DNA of 64,000 nt, from positions 220,968,001 to 221,032,000 of the forward strand of contig OZ024743.1 of the NCBI GenBank assembly GCA_964016885.1. The letters are read 5' to 3'. Both the position numbers and the translations under genes were made by a program. The DNA is from Eledone cirrhosa. Its lineage: Eukaryota. Positions within the stretch are counted from its first letter, which is position 1; each line of letters begins with the position of its first letter. The notes beneath the pieces were generated by a model. The model did not search any database and was not told the DNA's origin. It saw nothing but the letters and a program-made list of their open reading frames with translations. Shown piece after piece: positions 15,352 through 28,772 of this stretch.

Positions 15352-16295
15352 ATGTCAGGTCACCAGTTGGTGCTACTGGTAACATGTATCTCAGTACAAC
15401 CTGTCTCATGGTCGGGTCGTTGGCGACTAAACTGGCAACCCCACCAAGGTTTCTTGGTGAGGAGGGTGGCTTTGGACATCCTGCAGGACTAAAAACAAAA
15501 CCTGTCAAAGGGCAAAGGAGCTCTTAAGAGTTAATGGCCATCCAAAATCACTGGGAGAGATGACCCCTTAGCCTTTGTCAAGGCAGAATTCTAGGAGAAG
15601 GAAACTCTGATATAACACCTGCAACCCTGATGGTATCCAATGATGTTGACTTGTTCTTCTTTTTGGTAAATATCATCTTGGTTAAGAGAGTGGGACTGGC
15701 TTTGTGCAGTGCCTTTGCTCACTATAAAAGCTTCACGGCACAGGCATTGCTTTATATCTGGAGATCTCTCTGCGCTTGTCGTCACATGGTACTATAGAGA
15801 AGATACTGGGTTGTATGAATGTAACAAAACGAGGCATGGTTTGTGTGTATAATATTTAATCAACAATTTAACAGTATAGTTGACATGTCAATGAAATAAA
15901 CGAAAGAATGAAGCAAAGTTAGTAGTTACCGTTTTGATTGCCAGGCAAACGCGAGACGCCTGGCGAAGGCCAGGCGCCGGAAGGGCAAATGAGAGGGAGA
16001 GAGCCGAAGGCTATTCGTTTTATAGGGCTCTGACCGGAAGTTACAGAAAGGGTTCTACTTCCCGTCTAGATGTTAATCTATTGGAGTTGTGAGTCACAAG
16101 GGAGACAACCGCTACAGTACCATGGGCCCAGCACTATGTGTCAATAATTGTCACAAGTGTAGTGTTTGTACCAGAGTTTTCAAGTCGCTGGCTGGACTAA
16201 AAAGTCACACTCGTTCAGCGCATCGGTAGGAGTTCTCCTACATGGATATAAAGTAGTGGTCGTACTCGAAAACGAGTTGGCAGCCACCATGTATG
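15352..16295 (+). mobile_element. Non-coding retroposon of about 600 bp flanked by (ATGT)n, interrupted by the solo LTR
   Basis: Near-identical inverted copy at 35931-36490. The 5' part has an RTE-5'UTR-like GGAGAAGGAAACTCTGATATAA. The 3' end is CGAAAACGAGTTGGCAGCCACC-(ATGT)n. Confidence 0.75.
15793..16116 (-). mobile_element. Solo LTR (324 bp) with a 4-bp GTAC TSD
   Basis: Absent from the paralogous element at ~36100, where the site reads CACATGGTACC. GTAC occurs at 15789-15792 and 16117-16120. On the minus strand it starts TGTAG, ends CTATA (decayed CTACA), and contains TATAAAA and ATTAAA. Confidence 0.75.
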
Positions 16296-16728
16296 TATGA
16301 TGTTGAAATTTTCTTCTTTTCGGGTTATAGCTACTGTCGCTCAGAGAGTGGGATTGGCTCAGTGCACAGTCTTTCCTCATTTAAAAAAATATCTTCATGC
16401 ACAGGCATTGCACGATAGAATTAATTAATAATTATTAATAATGGTATATCGTGCAATGGCCATACTCGATAACGAGGGGACAGCCATCATGTATGTATGT
16501 ATGTATGTATGTATGTATGTATGTATGTATGTATGTATGTATGTATGTATGTATGTATGCGCGTGTGTATGTATGCGCGTGTGTGTGTATGCGCGTGTGT
16601 GTGCGTACGTGTGTGCGTGCGTGTGTGTGCGTGTGCGTGTGTGTGTGTGTTTGAGCGTTAGATTCTCTGATTTTACTAATATAACTACTCCGTATTATTT
16701 ATGGTCTTCCCGGTCACGGTAACGTAGA

Positions 16729-16912
16729 CAGGTAAAATTCCGTTATGACGAATTCCATTATAACGAATTTTTTCACTATAACAAAATTATTTTCAATACC
16801 TGGGGTAATAACAAGCAAACGCTCGATTTGTTTCAGTCGATATCGTTATAAAGAATTTTTTGCTACAACGCATTTTTTTAAATACGAATTTCGTTATAAC
16901 GGAATTTTACTA
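16729..16912. mobile_element. MITE with pogo/Tigger-like ends
   Basis: Terminal inverted repeats GTAAAATTCCGTTATGACGAA / TTCGTTATAACGGAATTTTAC, with internal TTATAACGAA subrepeats. Confidence 0.7.
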
Positions 16913-17131
16913 TATATGTAGAGAGAAATAGATTGACAAATATAGATTGAGGTATAGATGGAAGAAGACAATACCATTGGCGCCAAAATAATATTTTAGA
17001 ATATTTAATTTTCAACGCTTTTTCTCTTACATTTGTCCACGAATTTTAAATAAAAATTTCAGACGTTTTTTTTAAGACCGAATCATATGTGTGACAGACG
17101 AACAAAAAAACTCTACAGTTATTATAATATT

Positions 17132-17260
17132 GTTTCTACTTTTAGGCACAAGGCCAGCAATTACACAGTACATTACTGGTACTTTATTTTATCGACCCCG
17201 TAAGGATGAAAGGCAAAGTTAACCTCGGCGGGATTTGAACTCAGACTGTAAAGGGACGTA
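17132..17260 (-). mobile_element. 5'-truncated SINE with a 17-bp TSD
   Basis: ACAGTTATTATAATATT at 17115-17131 and 17261-17277. Confidence 0.85.
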
Positions 17261-18479
17261 ACAGTTATTATAATATTAGTGAAACATTACCTTCTATTTC
17301 GTCGGTAATAACGTTGACCGTATTTAGTTTTTCCATGTCCAGGATTAGTATGCCATATAGAACGAGATTACTGAATATATTAACAATCATACAAACTGGG
17401 AAGTTTGCATTTTGATTAATTAATGGTTTACACAGGAGAAACCCTATAGATTATTTTGATTACAGGCTCATGGAAATGATTAAAGATAAGAATGATATTT
17501 AAATAATTTATTTCTTAGGATATTACATACATATTCATCATATATGTACGAATGACATACAGGAATAAATGTATGAGTAACTTTGGAGTTATAAACATTT
17601 TTTTCAGGGTCAAAATTGAGGTTAGAACTCAGGTTCTTGTGATTAGAAAGCGAATTTCACTGCTATAGGAAATGCCTTGCGTGTATGTGTAGACATGTTT
17701 TTGTGTGTGTAAATTTTAAAGTATTAGAGACGAACATATACAAACACACGTCGCTTATTATTATGGTTGAGTTGATATGGTTTTTATTTATTTTATGTTA
17801 TTATTAGTTATATTTTCTTTTACTTATTTTTATTTTTGTTGCTTTAATCTTTATTTTTATTTTTATTTTCATTTTTTTTTGTATTTCATTATTATGTATT
17901 TGTTGTTGTTTTATTTGCCTTTCAGCTATAAGGTATATATTTAGATATGTAGAGACCTCTTCCACGAACATTACATAAACTTTCAGAAATGAAACCAGCA
18001 GTGCTGTTAGTCAATATGTTGTGAAAGACTTTATTAAAAGCAATATGTTACTTGCATCCGGGTCAGTGTAAGTTAATAAAGTGGATTAAAGAGCACACAT
18101 CCTTTCATAAATAAATCATTAAAACCCTTTAGAAATCCTAGGCTGTATTGATCCACTGTATAAATTTCAATATAACATTATACTGCAATTATTGTGTTTC
18201 TTTCACAAAGAGCCTAGAGGAAGATATCAGTTAGTAGTATTTGTGTGAAGTCTTCAGAGGCAGACAGATATAGCTAGGCTGTAGGGGATATAAAACAAAA
18301 CAGACAGAGAGTGGGGAGAGTAAAGAGAAAGATATATTAAAGGAAAGAGGGTTATAAATGGATAAAGAGACAATTAGCAAGAGGGGAAAATATAAAGGCA
18401 GACATAGTTAAGCTATAGGGACAGAAAGCAACAACGAGAATGAGAGAGAGAGAGATGAGAGAGATAAATAGATACATAG

Positions 18480-18546
<67 letters not shown>

Positions 18547-18902
18547 GAGATGTGAAAAACAGTGATAAAGAAGAAATGAAAGTCATTAAGAATAGATAAG
18601 GATAGGAGCAAAGTGGAAAAGAAAGGGAGGACGAGAAGGAGACTTAAGGACAGAAAACCGAAGGAGAGAGAAAGTGAGTGAGGTGGCAAGATACTTAGGT
18701 ATAAATATAAGAAGAAAGAAGAAAGAAAAGGAGCTAAAGATGAGTGGAAAACGGAAAGATGAATGACGAAAGGGTGGAGTAAAAAGAACCATAAATAACT
18801 GAATAGGAGGATAGAAGGGTATACGTGTATGATAAAATAGAAAATTTTCGCTCTACATGGTTGAATACAATAAATGTAATCTGAGTTTTTCGAATATCAA
18901 TA

Positions 18903-19080
18903 ATTGTCTCTACTTTAGGCACAAGGCCAGCAATTACCCGGTTCATTGCTGGTACTTTATTTTATCGACCCCGTAAGGATGAAAGGCAAAGTCAACCTCG
19001 GCGGGATTTGAACTCAGATCGTAAAGGGACGTAACTATGCTGGAAAGCATGGCGTCCGACCCTCTACCGATACTGCCAAT
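18903..19080 (-). mobile_element. SINE copy
   Basis: Same core and tail as 55041-55261. Confidence 0.8.
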
Positions 19081-19235
19081 TTCGATTCGTTCTTTTGTCA
19101 GTGTTGAACAAATGAGCAACGATGGTTGCTAGACGCTAGACACTGTACGGCTTAATTCGGGACGTTTGTTTACAAACACACCGAGCATTATAATAAATGT
19201 TCGGTGAATCCATACGTACATATATATATGTGTGC

Positions 19236-19299
<64 letters not shown>

Positions 19300-19401
19300 T
19301 ACTGTACGTCTGTATACATATATGTATGTACGTATACATACTTATATTTAAGTAACAGCCGTACTAAGAGTGAGAAATGAAATTTCGTTTCATTTTTTTC
19401 C

Positions 19402-19437
<36 letters not shown>

Positions 19438-19615
19438 GCGAAAACCACCCAACCAAACAGTGAGTGTGTTCGTTATTATTTCTAGCAATATTATTACAAC
19501 AATACGACCCTCCCCAAGTATAACAATATTTGTTTCGACACACGATTACATATCAAAAGCCTCGCAAAACAAATTCATCGCCGTTATATATATATACATA
19601 TATATATATGTGTGT

Positions 19616-19693
<78 letters not shown>

Positions 19694-19916
19694 ACGCGCA
19701 CGTGTGTGATGTATGTGTGTGTATGTAGAGAGACAGCCAGATAAATAGATAGATATAGTTATAGCTATACATATGTGTGTGTGTGTTTGTGTATATCCCG
19801 GGTTCAATCGGGGGTAACCACAGTAAGTAAGGTACTCAATAGATAGTAGAGTATATATATTTAATATAGAAATGGCTTCTACAGGACTAGAACTGTTGCA
19901 TTCGAAGGAAATCATC

Positions 19917-19946
19917 CTGATGATTTCCTTGGAATGAAACACTTCT
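19917..19946 (+). ncRNA. Minimal hammerhead-like motif in an inverted-repeat element
   Basis: CTGATGA-TTTCCTTGGAAT-GAAAC-ACTTC. Same family as 51207-51240. Stem I is lost at the inversion junction. Confidence 0.5.
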
Positions 19947-20537
19947 AAGCATGTAGAAGCCATTTTGTATTAAGTAAATAAATAAATAAATAAATAAGTA
20001 TGTATATGTATATATATATATATATAGAGAGAGAGAGGGGGAGAGAGAGAGAGAGAGAAAATAAGTGTGCGATATATATATATTGTATGTATATTTATGA
20101 ATCTATTTATCTGTATATATATTAGAAAGAAGTTTTTGTTTATATTCTTCGACTAATCAATGTGGGAATAGGATTAAAACTGAGACGGAGATTCATGTCT
20201 CCAAACAAGTGTAACATTAATACCTATCTCTATTTCTATTATATTATATTTCATTTGGAAGGTCTTGTTTTTGGTATTGCTTATAATTTCGTATGAACGC
20301 CACTTAATTGATTAACTTATATATATATTATATACATACATATATATACACTTATATATATATACATACATACATATATACGCTCGTCCCTACGTGCCAC
20401 TACACACTATACATCTCATTCTACATTCCCTTACATCTCTCTCTTCACCACCGGACTCTGTTACTCGGAGATTTACCCATCTGCATTGTTGAGGCTTCCA
20501 AAACGACGAAAAAATATCATATATATATATATATATA

Positions 20538-20574
<37 letters not shown>

Positions 20575-20682
20575 CCAGGGAGTGTAACGTGAAGTTACTG
20601 TAGGTTCACCCAGGGGAGCACTCGATGTTTAGGTTCACGTAAGTTGCGAGGTCTAGAGCTAGTCAGAGAGAGTGTAGTATAA

Positions 20683-20868
20683 TAATTGTTTCTACTTTTG
20701 ATACAAGGCCACCAATTATCGCAGTATATTACTGGTACTTTATTTTATCGACCCCGTAAGGATGAAAGGCAAAGTTAACCTCGGACGTATCTGAACTCAG
20801 TCCATAAAGGGATGTAACTCTGTGTTGCAAAGCGTGGCGCCGACCCTCTACCGATACTGCCAATCCAC
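20683..20868 (-). mobile_element. SINE with a 14-bp TSD
   Basis: AGAGTGTAGTATAA at 20669-20682 and 20869-20882. Confidence 0.85.
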
Positions 20869-21102
20869 AGAGTGTAGTATAACAATACATGGACGATTTG
20901 TTAAGCTTCATTACGTTTATTGATCGGTGACACGCGTTTCACTATTGCCCAGTTCAAGGTTCGATCTGTATCGATCTGGGCCCCACTCAGCCAATTTTCT
21001 CTATAGTGTTTTGGGGCCAGATCGATGCAGATCAAACCTTGAGCAGATCAATAGCCAAACGCGCGTCAGCAAACGTAATGGAGGCTTAACAAATCCTCCT
21101 TG

Positions 21103-21189
<87 letters not shown>

Positions 21190-21330
21190 GTCAATGTTGA
21201 GGCTTCCTCGTCGAAAGCAATAACGGGGAAACGGTATCATTATGTGGCTGAGAGTAAGGAGTACTCAATACTGAAGGAAAGTTTTGATATTCATTTTTAT
21301 ACAAATCTCATTTTTTAACCTTAATAAAAA

Positions 21331-21399
<69 letters not shown>

Positions 21400-21517
21400 T
21401 ATATATAAATATATATAAGTAGTACCAGAACAGTTAGTTCACCATTACCGTGAACAATTGTTGTACGGAAAAGAAGAACAACACTTCTTTTTCCTTTTCC
21501 GTCCAACCTCATTTAAA

Positions 21518-21558
21518 CCAAGCTGATGATCCGTATAAAGTGAAACAATTGTTCTCGG
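21518..21558 (+). ncRNA. Minimal type-I hammerhead ribozyme
   Basis: CCAAG-CTGATGA-TCCGTATAAAGT-GAAACAATTGTT-CTCGG. Palindromic stem III (AACAATTGTT), stem I 4/5 paired, stem II weak. Homologous to 59322-59357. Confidence 0.6.
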
Positions 21559-21724
21559 TATGATGAACTAACTGTTGTGGAACTACTTCTACCAAACTCG
21601 TTCCATGGACTGAGTGCTCTACTAATACGGATATAAACCACCGGTGTTCTACTATTATATATATATATATATATAATAACATAAATATGGTTTTATAAAT
21701 ATAGTTTCCATTTATTAATATCTT

Positions 21725-21778
<54 letters not shown>

Positions 21779-21824
21779 AAGATATTAATAACTGGAAACT
21801 ATATTTATAAAACCATATTTATGT

Positions 21825-21879
21825 TATTATATATATTTCAAGGGCGACCAACCCACTCCTGGTGCGCTTTCATCAGATA
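21825..21879 (-). ncRNA. Type-I hammerhead ribozyme
   Basis: Minus strand: TAT-CTGATGA-AAGCGCACCA GGAGTGGGT TGGTCGCCCTT-GAAATATATATA-ATA. Core intact, stem II bulged, short stems I and III. Confidence 0.6.
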
Positions 21880-22027
21880 GAATACAAAATTTGTTGTATA
21901 AATAACGACATACCCATCGAAATCAACCTTAACGGTCGGGAATTCGCTGACTATCCAGCGAATATATATATATCAGTTATAAACATTTATGTTTGTCGGA
22001 ATTCCAACAAATTAAAAGAACTTCTAC

Positions 22028-22076
<49 letters not shown>

Positions 22077-23841
22077 CATACGAGCTTTACAAAAATCGTT
22101 GACACTAATTCATCGATCTTCAGACACGACACGTTCACTCAATGAATCTATAATATTACAGTAGTGAAACTGCCTGCCAGTTGGAGTGCAGATATTTTAG
22201 TTAATAGCAAATGCAGTGGCTGTGTTTTGGTGCAACACACACACATATATATATATATATATGTATATTTATATATGTATACATACATAAATATATATGT
22301 ATATATATATTATATACAGAGAGAGGTTGGGCTATATATAAAGTTTGGAAGTATGTATATAGATAAATTGAGACGAAGATGACTGGTTGGAGAAATCCAT
22401 AGATGGATAGAAACAGACATGAAATTGTACAAAATGCCACTTTACATATGTTGTCATGGTAGCAGAACTTATATTTATATAACTTCAACTTAATGAATCT
22501 TTCAAATATTATTACAAACAGTTCTGAGTAACAGATTGGTAATAGAAAAAACAATTTTCTATTTTAAATGAGACCTCTAAGCTACACAGTGTGAGGGTAT
22601 CAAAACAGAACCCTGCTGTCTGTTATGGAGGTATATATTCAAACAGTGCCCCCTCCTCATTACAGAGGGCTGGGAAATAGCAACTACTTTATGTATAATG
22701 TTTTTATTATAAACTCAATTTATTTGACGTATGGCTTTCGTTGATCTTTCCATTTATTGATACTATTCGTCGCTATCAACTCTCGGATGAAGCGTCAACA
22801 CTTTTCCGGTGACAGGAGGTGGGTTTAGAAGTAAGAAAACCTAGAACAGGGTTAGATACTGTAAAGTTTCCCGTTCGATATTTTAACAATCCCGTTAATC
22901 CACCGCACCTATACATTTTTGCCAAAAGTCGCAATTCGCAGATACTATACATCAATGAAACGATCAATGGAAACTGGTTTCCTGGTCCAACCTGACCATC
23001 AGTTGCTTTCCTTTTTTAACAATCAGTACAAAGTCATGTTGTCTTAGAGATGACAAACTATATCTGACGGTTATGGGAATTTGAATATGCACTGGAGTAA
23101 AGAAAAGAAAATGCCATAGATATCACTACGGTTTTCGAATACACAAGGCCACTGCTAGTACATGAAACCATTTGATATTTTCCTATTCCAATTTGTCAAA
23201 CAGAAACTAATGTTACATGGTTATTCCAATATCTATTAACGATTTCGGTACTGTATTTCAAATGAAAGACACTGTCTATGATTTTCAATTTATTTTGGAA
23301 AAATCAATAATGTGGAAGCATTTAGAATCATAACTAACGTTAAAAGAAATTATTGTTAATCTGTTAGGAACATAACTGCAAAAACTTCTAGGAGTGAATT
23401 ATGACAGATGTTTTAATTTTTGTTCTTTTTATTTTAGATAAATAAAAGCACTTAAAAATAAACAACGCACTATCGTAGAACTAAGCTTAGTGTCAGACAG
23501 TTTGCTATCAAAAGGGTAAAACATATGCTGACACGAGAACTACAACACCGAGTAACTTATTTCTGTTTGTACGTATTTCGTGCGTGAAGTCTTTCTGCAT
23601 AGTAATATGGTTACATCGTTTGCTTCTCAGATAACCTCTGTCAATGATTTCACACTAAAAATTTTCTCCAGGAAATTTAAAAGATTTCTCGTTTGTTTCA
23701 TTATAGAGAAAGGCAGCAATGATGAAAAAAAGAGATGAAAGATAGATATGATCAATGCAGATGTGTGAAAGAATGATAGATATGATAAGGATATGGGGAG
23801 GGGGAAATTACAAAAGCGGAGAGAAGAGAGAGCTAAATAAA

Positions 23842-23897
<56 letters not shown>

Positions 23898-24024
23898 GAA
23901 GAAATGATGGAGAATAAGAAACAGATAGAAACAAAATTAAAAATAGATTAAGAAAAGTAGAAAAGAAAGAATGAGAGGGAAAGAAAGAAACTAACGATTG
24001 ATAGATAGATAGATAGATAGATAT

Positions 24025-24069
<45 letters not shown>

Positions 24070-24544
24070 AATGAGGGAGAGTGAGCTACAGAGGTAGAGA
24101 GATGGAGAAAGAGAGGTAGAAAGAGAGGAAGAGCGAGAGTGAGAGAGGTAGTGAGAAAAGAGTGAGAGAGAGGAAAGGTTTTAATATTTCCCATTTGTTC
24201 AGTTAACTGTTTTGACTGCCATCGATGTCACAATCATATACCATCCACGAATGTAAAACAGATCATCTAACATACTTAATCTCTACCTATATACTGCTTA
24301 CGTTAAATTTTGCAAAATATTTGGCAGCTTTCGTTTGCATATTTTTTACAAGACCCTGTAGGGAAGAAATCAATCTAAAATATAACCATGAAAAGTAAAC
24401 AGAAAATATTTAAAATAAAACCATCAAATATAACTTAAGATTGCATTGCCCTATGTACTGTACATGCACTTTTTGATGAGTTGTGGTGTACCTGGGCACT
24501 GTACACAATATTTCATTATTATTATTATTATTGTTATTGTTATT

Positions 24545-25043
24545 CCTTGAATCTCAGTCATTGATGTTGGTTAACTGGAAAGTCCGTTGGATTGAATATC
24601 AAGCCACTACCTGCAGCCTCAGATATTCAGGACGTATCGGAGGGTTCTTGCTGTTCCAAGCAAGCATGCCTTTTGAAGCGTTCCAAAAAGCGTGAAGGGG
24701 CCGATTTTCTTTAACCATCCCTGGAAACTTTTGGAGATAGTCCCCAGTGCGCCTATGACAATCGGGATCACTTTGACTTCATGGCAGTTCCAAATCCTTT
24801 TCACCTCCCACTTTAGGTCCTGGTATCGGTTAATTTTCTCCCTCTCCTTCTCTTGCACTCTCGTGTCGAACGGGCAGGCCACATCCACAATCAGGCACGA
24901 TCTTTTTTCTTTGTCCACAACCACCAGGTCAGGTCTATTGTGTTCCAGTTTTTTGTCCGTCTGTATCCTAAAATCCCACAGCACCTTCACCTGATTGTTC
25001 TCCATCACCGCCTCTGGCCTATGCTCATACCATTTCTCAGAAT

Positions 25044-25044
<1 letters not shown>
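24545..25044 (-). mobile_element. 5'-truncated R4/Dong-clade non-LTR retrotransposon, restriction-like endonuclease domain
   Basis: Uninterrupted frame KWYEHRPEAVMENNQVKVLWDFRIQTD...HNRPDLVVVDK...IVDVACPFD...EK-x2-RYQDLK...VIPIVIGALG...LQKACLLGTARTLR, stop at 24619. (TAA)n lies on both sides. Confidence 0.9.
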
Positions 25045-25091
<47 letters not shown>

Positions 25092-25484
25092 CATGACTCA
25101 TACACTGTTCATTTTCCTGACATTTGTACATTATTCTATGTACTATACATACACCTTTGATGAGTTGTAGTGCACCTGAGCACTGTACACAATAATTTCA
25201 TTATTATTATTATAAGACTAAAACTCAAAATAGCTTATCATTTATAAGTAACTAATGAACGAAGCCGTGTCATCCATATGGATAGCAATAAAGCCGAACG
25301 TATTTAAGTTTTTCATACCTGGATTGGTATATCATATACATCAGTATTACAGGATATATGAACAATCATAGAAACTGGAACATTTGCATTTTGATACATT
25401 AATGACTTACACAAGAGACATCATATATAAATATATAATGTTCGATATAACCCATACGTACATATGTATATGTATATATGTGTG

Positions 25485-25562
<78 letters not shown>

Positions 25563-25651
25563 CTTACATATGTATCAGCTGTGCTAGGGCGAGAAATACA
25601 TTTCTAATTTCATTTTATATATATAGACAATGCTTAAAGTAAACTTCTAGT

Positions 25652-25735
<84 letters not shown>

Positions 25736-26418
25736 ACTCTCTCTCTATCTCTCTCTCTCTGTACGTTGAATGTATCTGCTTGTGAGTGTGTGGCTGTGAA
25801 TGTGTGTGGCTTTGTAGTTTACTTAAAGCATTGTCTATGGTATAAGGAATTCGAAGTTTGAAAGCCACGAGAATGTGGGTTGGACGCGGGTTGGATCCGT
25901 AAGAAACAGGAGTTGTTTTTTTGCCTTAATTTATTCATATATCCTGATATTTAGAGATTAATATCTCTTCTTCCGAGGAAAATAAAGGAACAATTCCAGT
26001 GTCCGATGTGGCTTGCTATACCATGGTTATATATAAAAATCAGAATGGATTCAGCAAAAACCTCTTATGCTCACCAGAGTACTCGATACTTGGGGTCGTA
26101 GAGTGTGGTAATATGAAAGAATCTGAACCCCGAGGGATGACCTGCTGCTTCGACAGTTAGTTCTGAACTTGCTGTTGAAACGGCAAGAGCTCAATCTTTG
26201 GGGTCCCCGCTCCTTCATTTACATATATATGCATAACAGGATGATGTAATAAATTCAGGATATACACGTGATACCGTTTCCCTTCTTTTTTCTAATATTG
26301 ACACTCTGAATGTTAGCTTATAGGTAACAAATAAAGATATCCACATTGTGGAGTGCTTATGTCTGATTACACTACTATCGGACGATTGCTAGATGAGCCA
26401 ACAGTTTTTACTTGTAAT

Positions 26419-26612
26419 AATTGTTTCTACTTTTGGCACAAGGCCAGCAATTATCCCAGTGTATAACTGGTGCCTTATTTTATCGACCCCGTAAGGATGA
26501 AAGGATGAAAGGCAAAGTTAACCTCGGCGGGATTTGAACTCAGACCATAAAGGGCCGTAACGCTTTGCTGCAGAGCATGGCGTCCCACCCCCTACCGATA
26601 CTGCCAATCCAA
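26419..26612 (-). mobile_element. SINE copy
   Basis: Same core, with a local duplication of GGATGAAA. Confidence 0.8.
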
Positions 26613-26873
26613 CACCCTTGTAATAATATGTATATATATAACACGTAAAAGAAGTGCGCAATGGAGCAAAATGTTGAATAGCACAAGAAGAAACATTTCG
26701 CTTATTTCCAGCCATAGAAAATAATAAAGCAACAACATAATACACCTTCGTACAGCATCTGTGGAAGCTGCTGTAATTATTCTTCTCAGTTACATCCTTC
26801 AGAAATGAGATGGTAAATAAACGTCAAATATAATAGTAGAGTTTGTAGCTTGATATATATATACTCTTTTAGA

Positions 26874-26949
<76 letters not shown>

Positions 26950-27075
26950 ATATATATATGTATACACATATATATATATATGTATATATATATATGTATA
27001 TATATATATACACATATACATATGTGTATATAAATAGATATATATATACATGCGTGTGTCCGTCTCTCTGTGTGT

Positions 27076-27140
<65 letters not shown>

Positions 27141-27299
27141 GTATACGAGTGCTAACAGATAAATATAGTGATCTGCAATTTCAAAAGTGGACTAACCTCT
27201 ATGTAGTCTTCAGGCAAGAAAATATAGATAAAATATATTACGTGTGCTTTCATATGAATGGATTGAAAACATATCGTGAGCTTAATGGTTATATCAATA

Positions 27300-27336
27300 T
27301 CTCTGTCTATTTATCTTCTTATCAATATCTCGCTCT

Positions 27337-27402
<66 letters not shown>

Positions 27403-27444
27403 TTATCTCTCTCTCCCTCTCCTTGTCTCTCTCTGTCTCTCTCT

Positions 27445-27478
<34 letters not shown>

Positions 27479-27630
27479 TGCCCTCTCTCTCTATCTATCT
27501 ATCTCCATCTCTCTCTCTATCTCACTCTTTCTCTCTCTCTCTCTCTCTTTCTCTCTTTCTCTCTCTCTCTGTCTCTCTCTCTTTCTCTTTCTCTCTCTAT
27601 CATTCTGTATCTTCCTCTCTCTCTCTCTCA

Positions 27631-27673
<43 letters not shown>

Positions 27674-28036
27674 CATATATATATCCCCCTCTCTATCAAT
27701 TTATCACTCTTTATCTATCTATTTATATTTTCGTCATCTCTCTATCTCTCTTTCATTTCTCTCTCTCTCTCTATGTTTTTATCATCTCTCTATCTCGCTT
27801 TCTTTCTTATTCACTCTCTAAATATATATCTATCTGCTCTCTCTATCTCTTGTCATCTGTCTTTTATCATCTTCTATCTCTCTATCCCTCTCTTGCTCTC
27901 TCTCTCTCTTTCTCACATTCTTTCTCTTTTTCTATTCATCTATTTATTTATTATCTTTCTCTCTTCCTCTCTTTCTTTCTCTCACTCTGGGACTTCCCCC
28001 TCTCTCTCCTTACCTATCTATCTACCTACCTACCTC

Positions 28037-28101
<65 letters not shown>

Positions 28102-28120
28102 ATCTATCTATCTATCTATA
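27300..28120. repeat. (CT)n to (TATC)n polypyrimidine tract
   Basis: Direct reading. Confidence 0.9.
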
Positions 28121-28128
28121 TGACTGCC

Positions 28129-28176
28129 TTTGTATTTGCCTCCTTCTTTTGTGCTCATGTGGCTAATAAAAAAACA
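28129..28176 (+). mobile_element. 48-bp extreme 3' end of the Tx1-like family with a 20-bp TSD
   Basis: TATCTATCTATATGACTGCC occurs at 28109-28128 and 28177-28196. The insert ends GTGGCTAATAAAAAAACA. Confidence 0.75.
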
Positions 28177-28190
28177 TATCTATCTATATG

Positions 28191-28710
28191 ACTGCCAAGT
28201 CCATAGTAAGGATCAAACCGCCACCCTCTTTCAAAAACGAAAGAGAAGCGGTTTTCCTCTGTACAGTGGCTATGGTGGACGAGATTGAGAGGACTTAGGA
28301 CAGATGCCTTTCTCTCCAAACAACAATTGATTCCCGTCTTTAAGTATCACTTTAGAAGGAGAATCAGAGCGGAGAGAGAGGCACTGCACCCCAGTAAATT
28401 TACTGAAAGGTGGGTGAATGAAGCGAAAATGGCCCGAGTGATTGGGTCTTCTCTGTTTATAAGCCTGTAGGTTAAAGAAGAGAGCAAAAGGAAGAAAGGA
28501 ACACTTGTACAACGCGCTCCTGAAGTTGAGGGTTGTTCTATCGACGGGGTATTAAACAACTCATTTGTGGCGTCTCCCCCCTATTGGGGATTTCGATTGT
28601 TATAATTGTTTGTTTGTTTTATATTTTTTTTACACGACTGTATGTAAAATCCCCGGCATGTGTCTTTGTATTGTCCCTTTTTCTTGTGCGCCCTTGTGGC
28701 AAATAAAGAA
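28191..28710 (+). mobile_element. Tx1/L1-like LINE 3' fragment
   Basis: Highly similar to the reverse complement of 38915-39445, with a short internal deletion between ATGGTG repeats. Flanked by (TATC)n on both sides. Confidence 0.85.
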
Positions 28711-28772
<62 letters not shown>

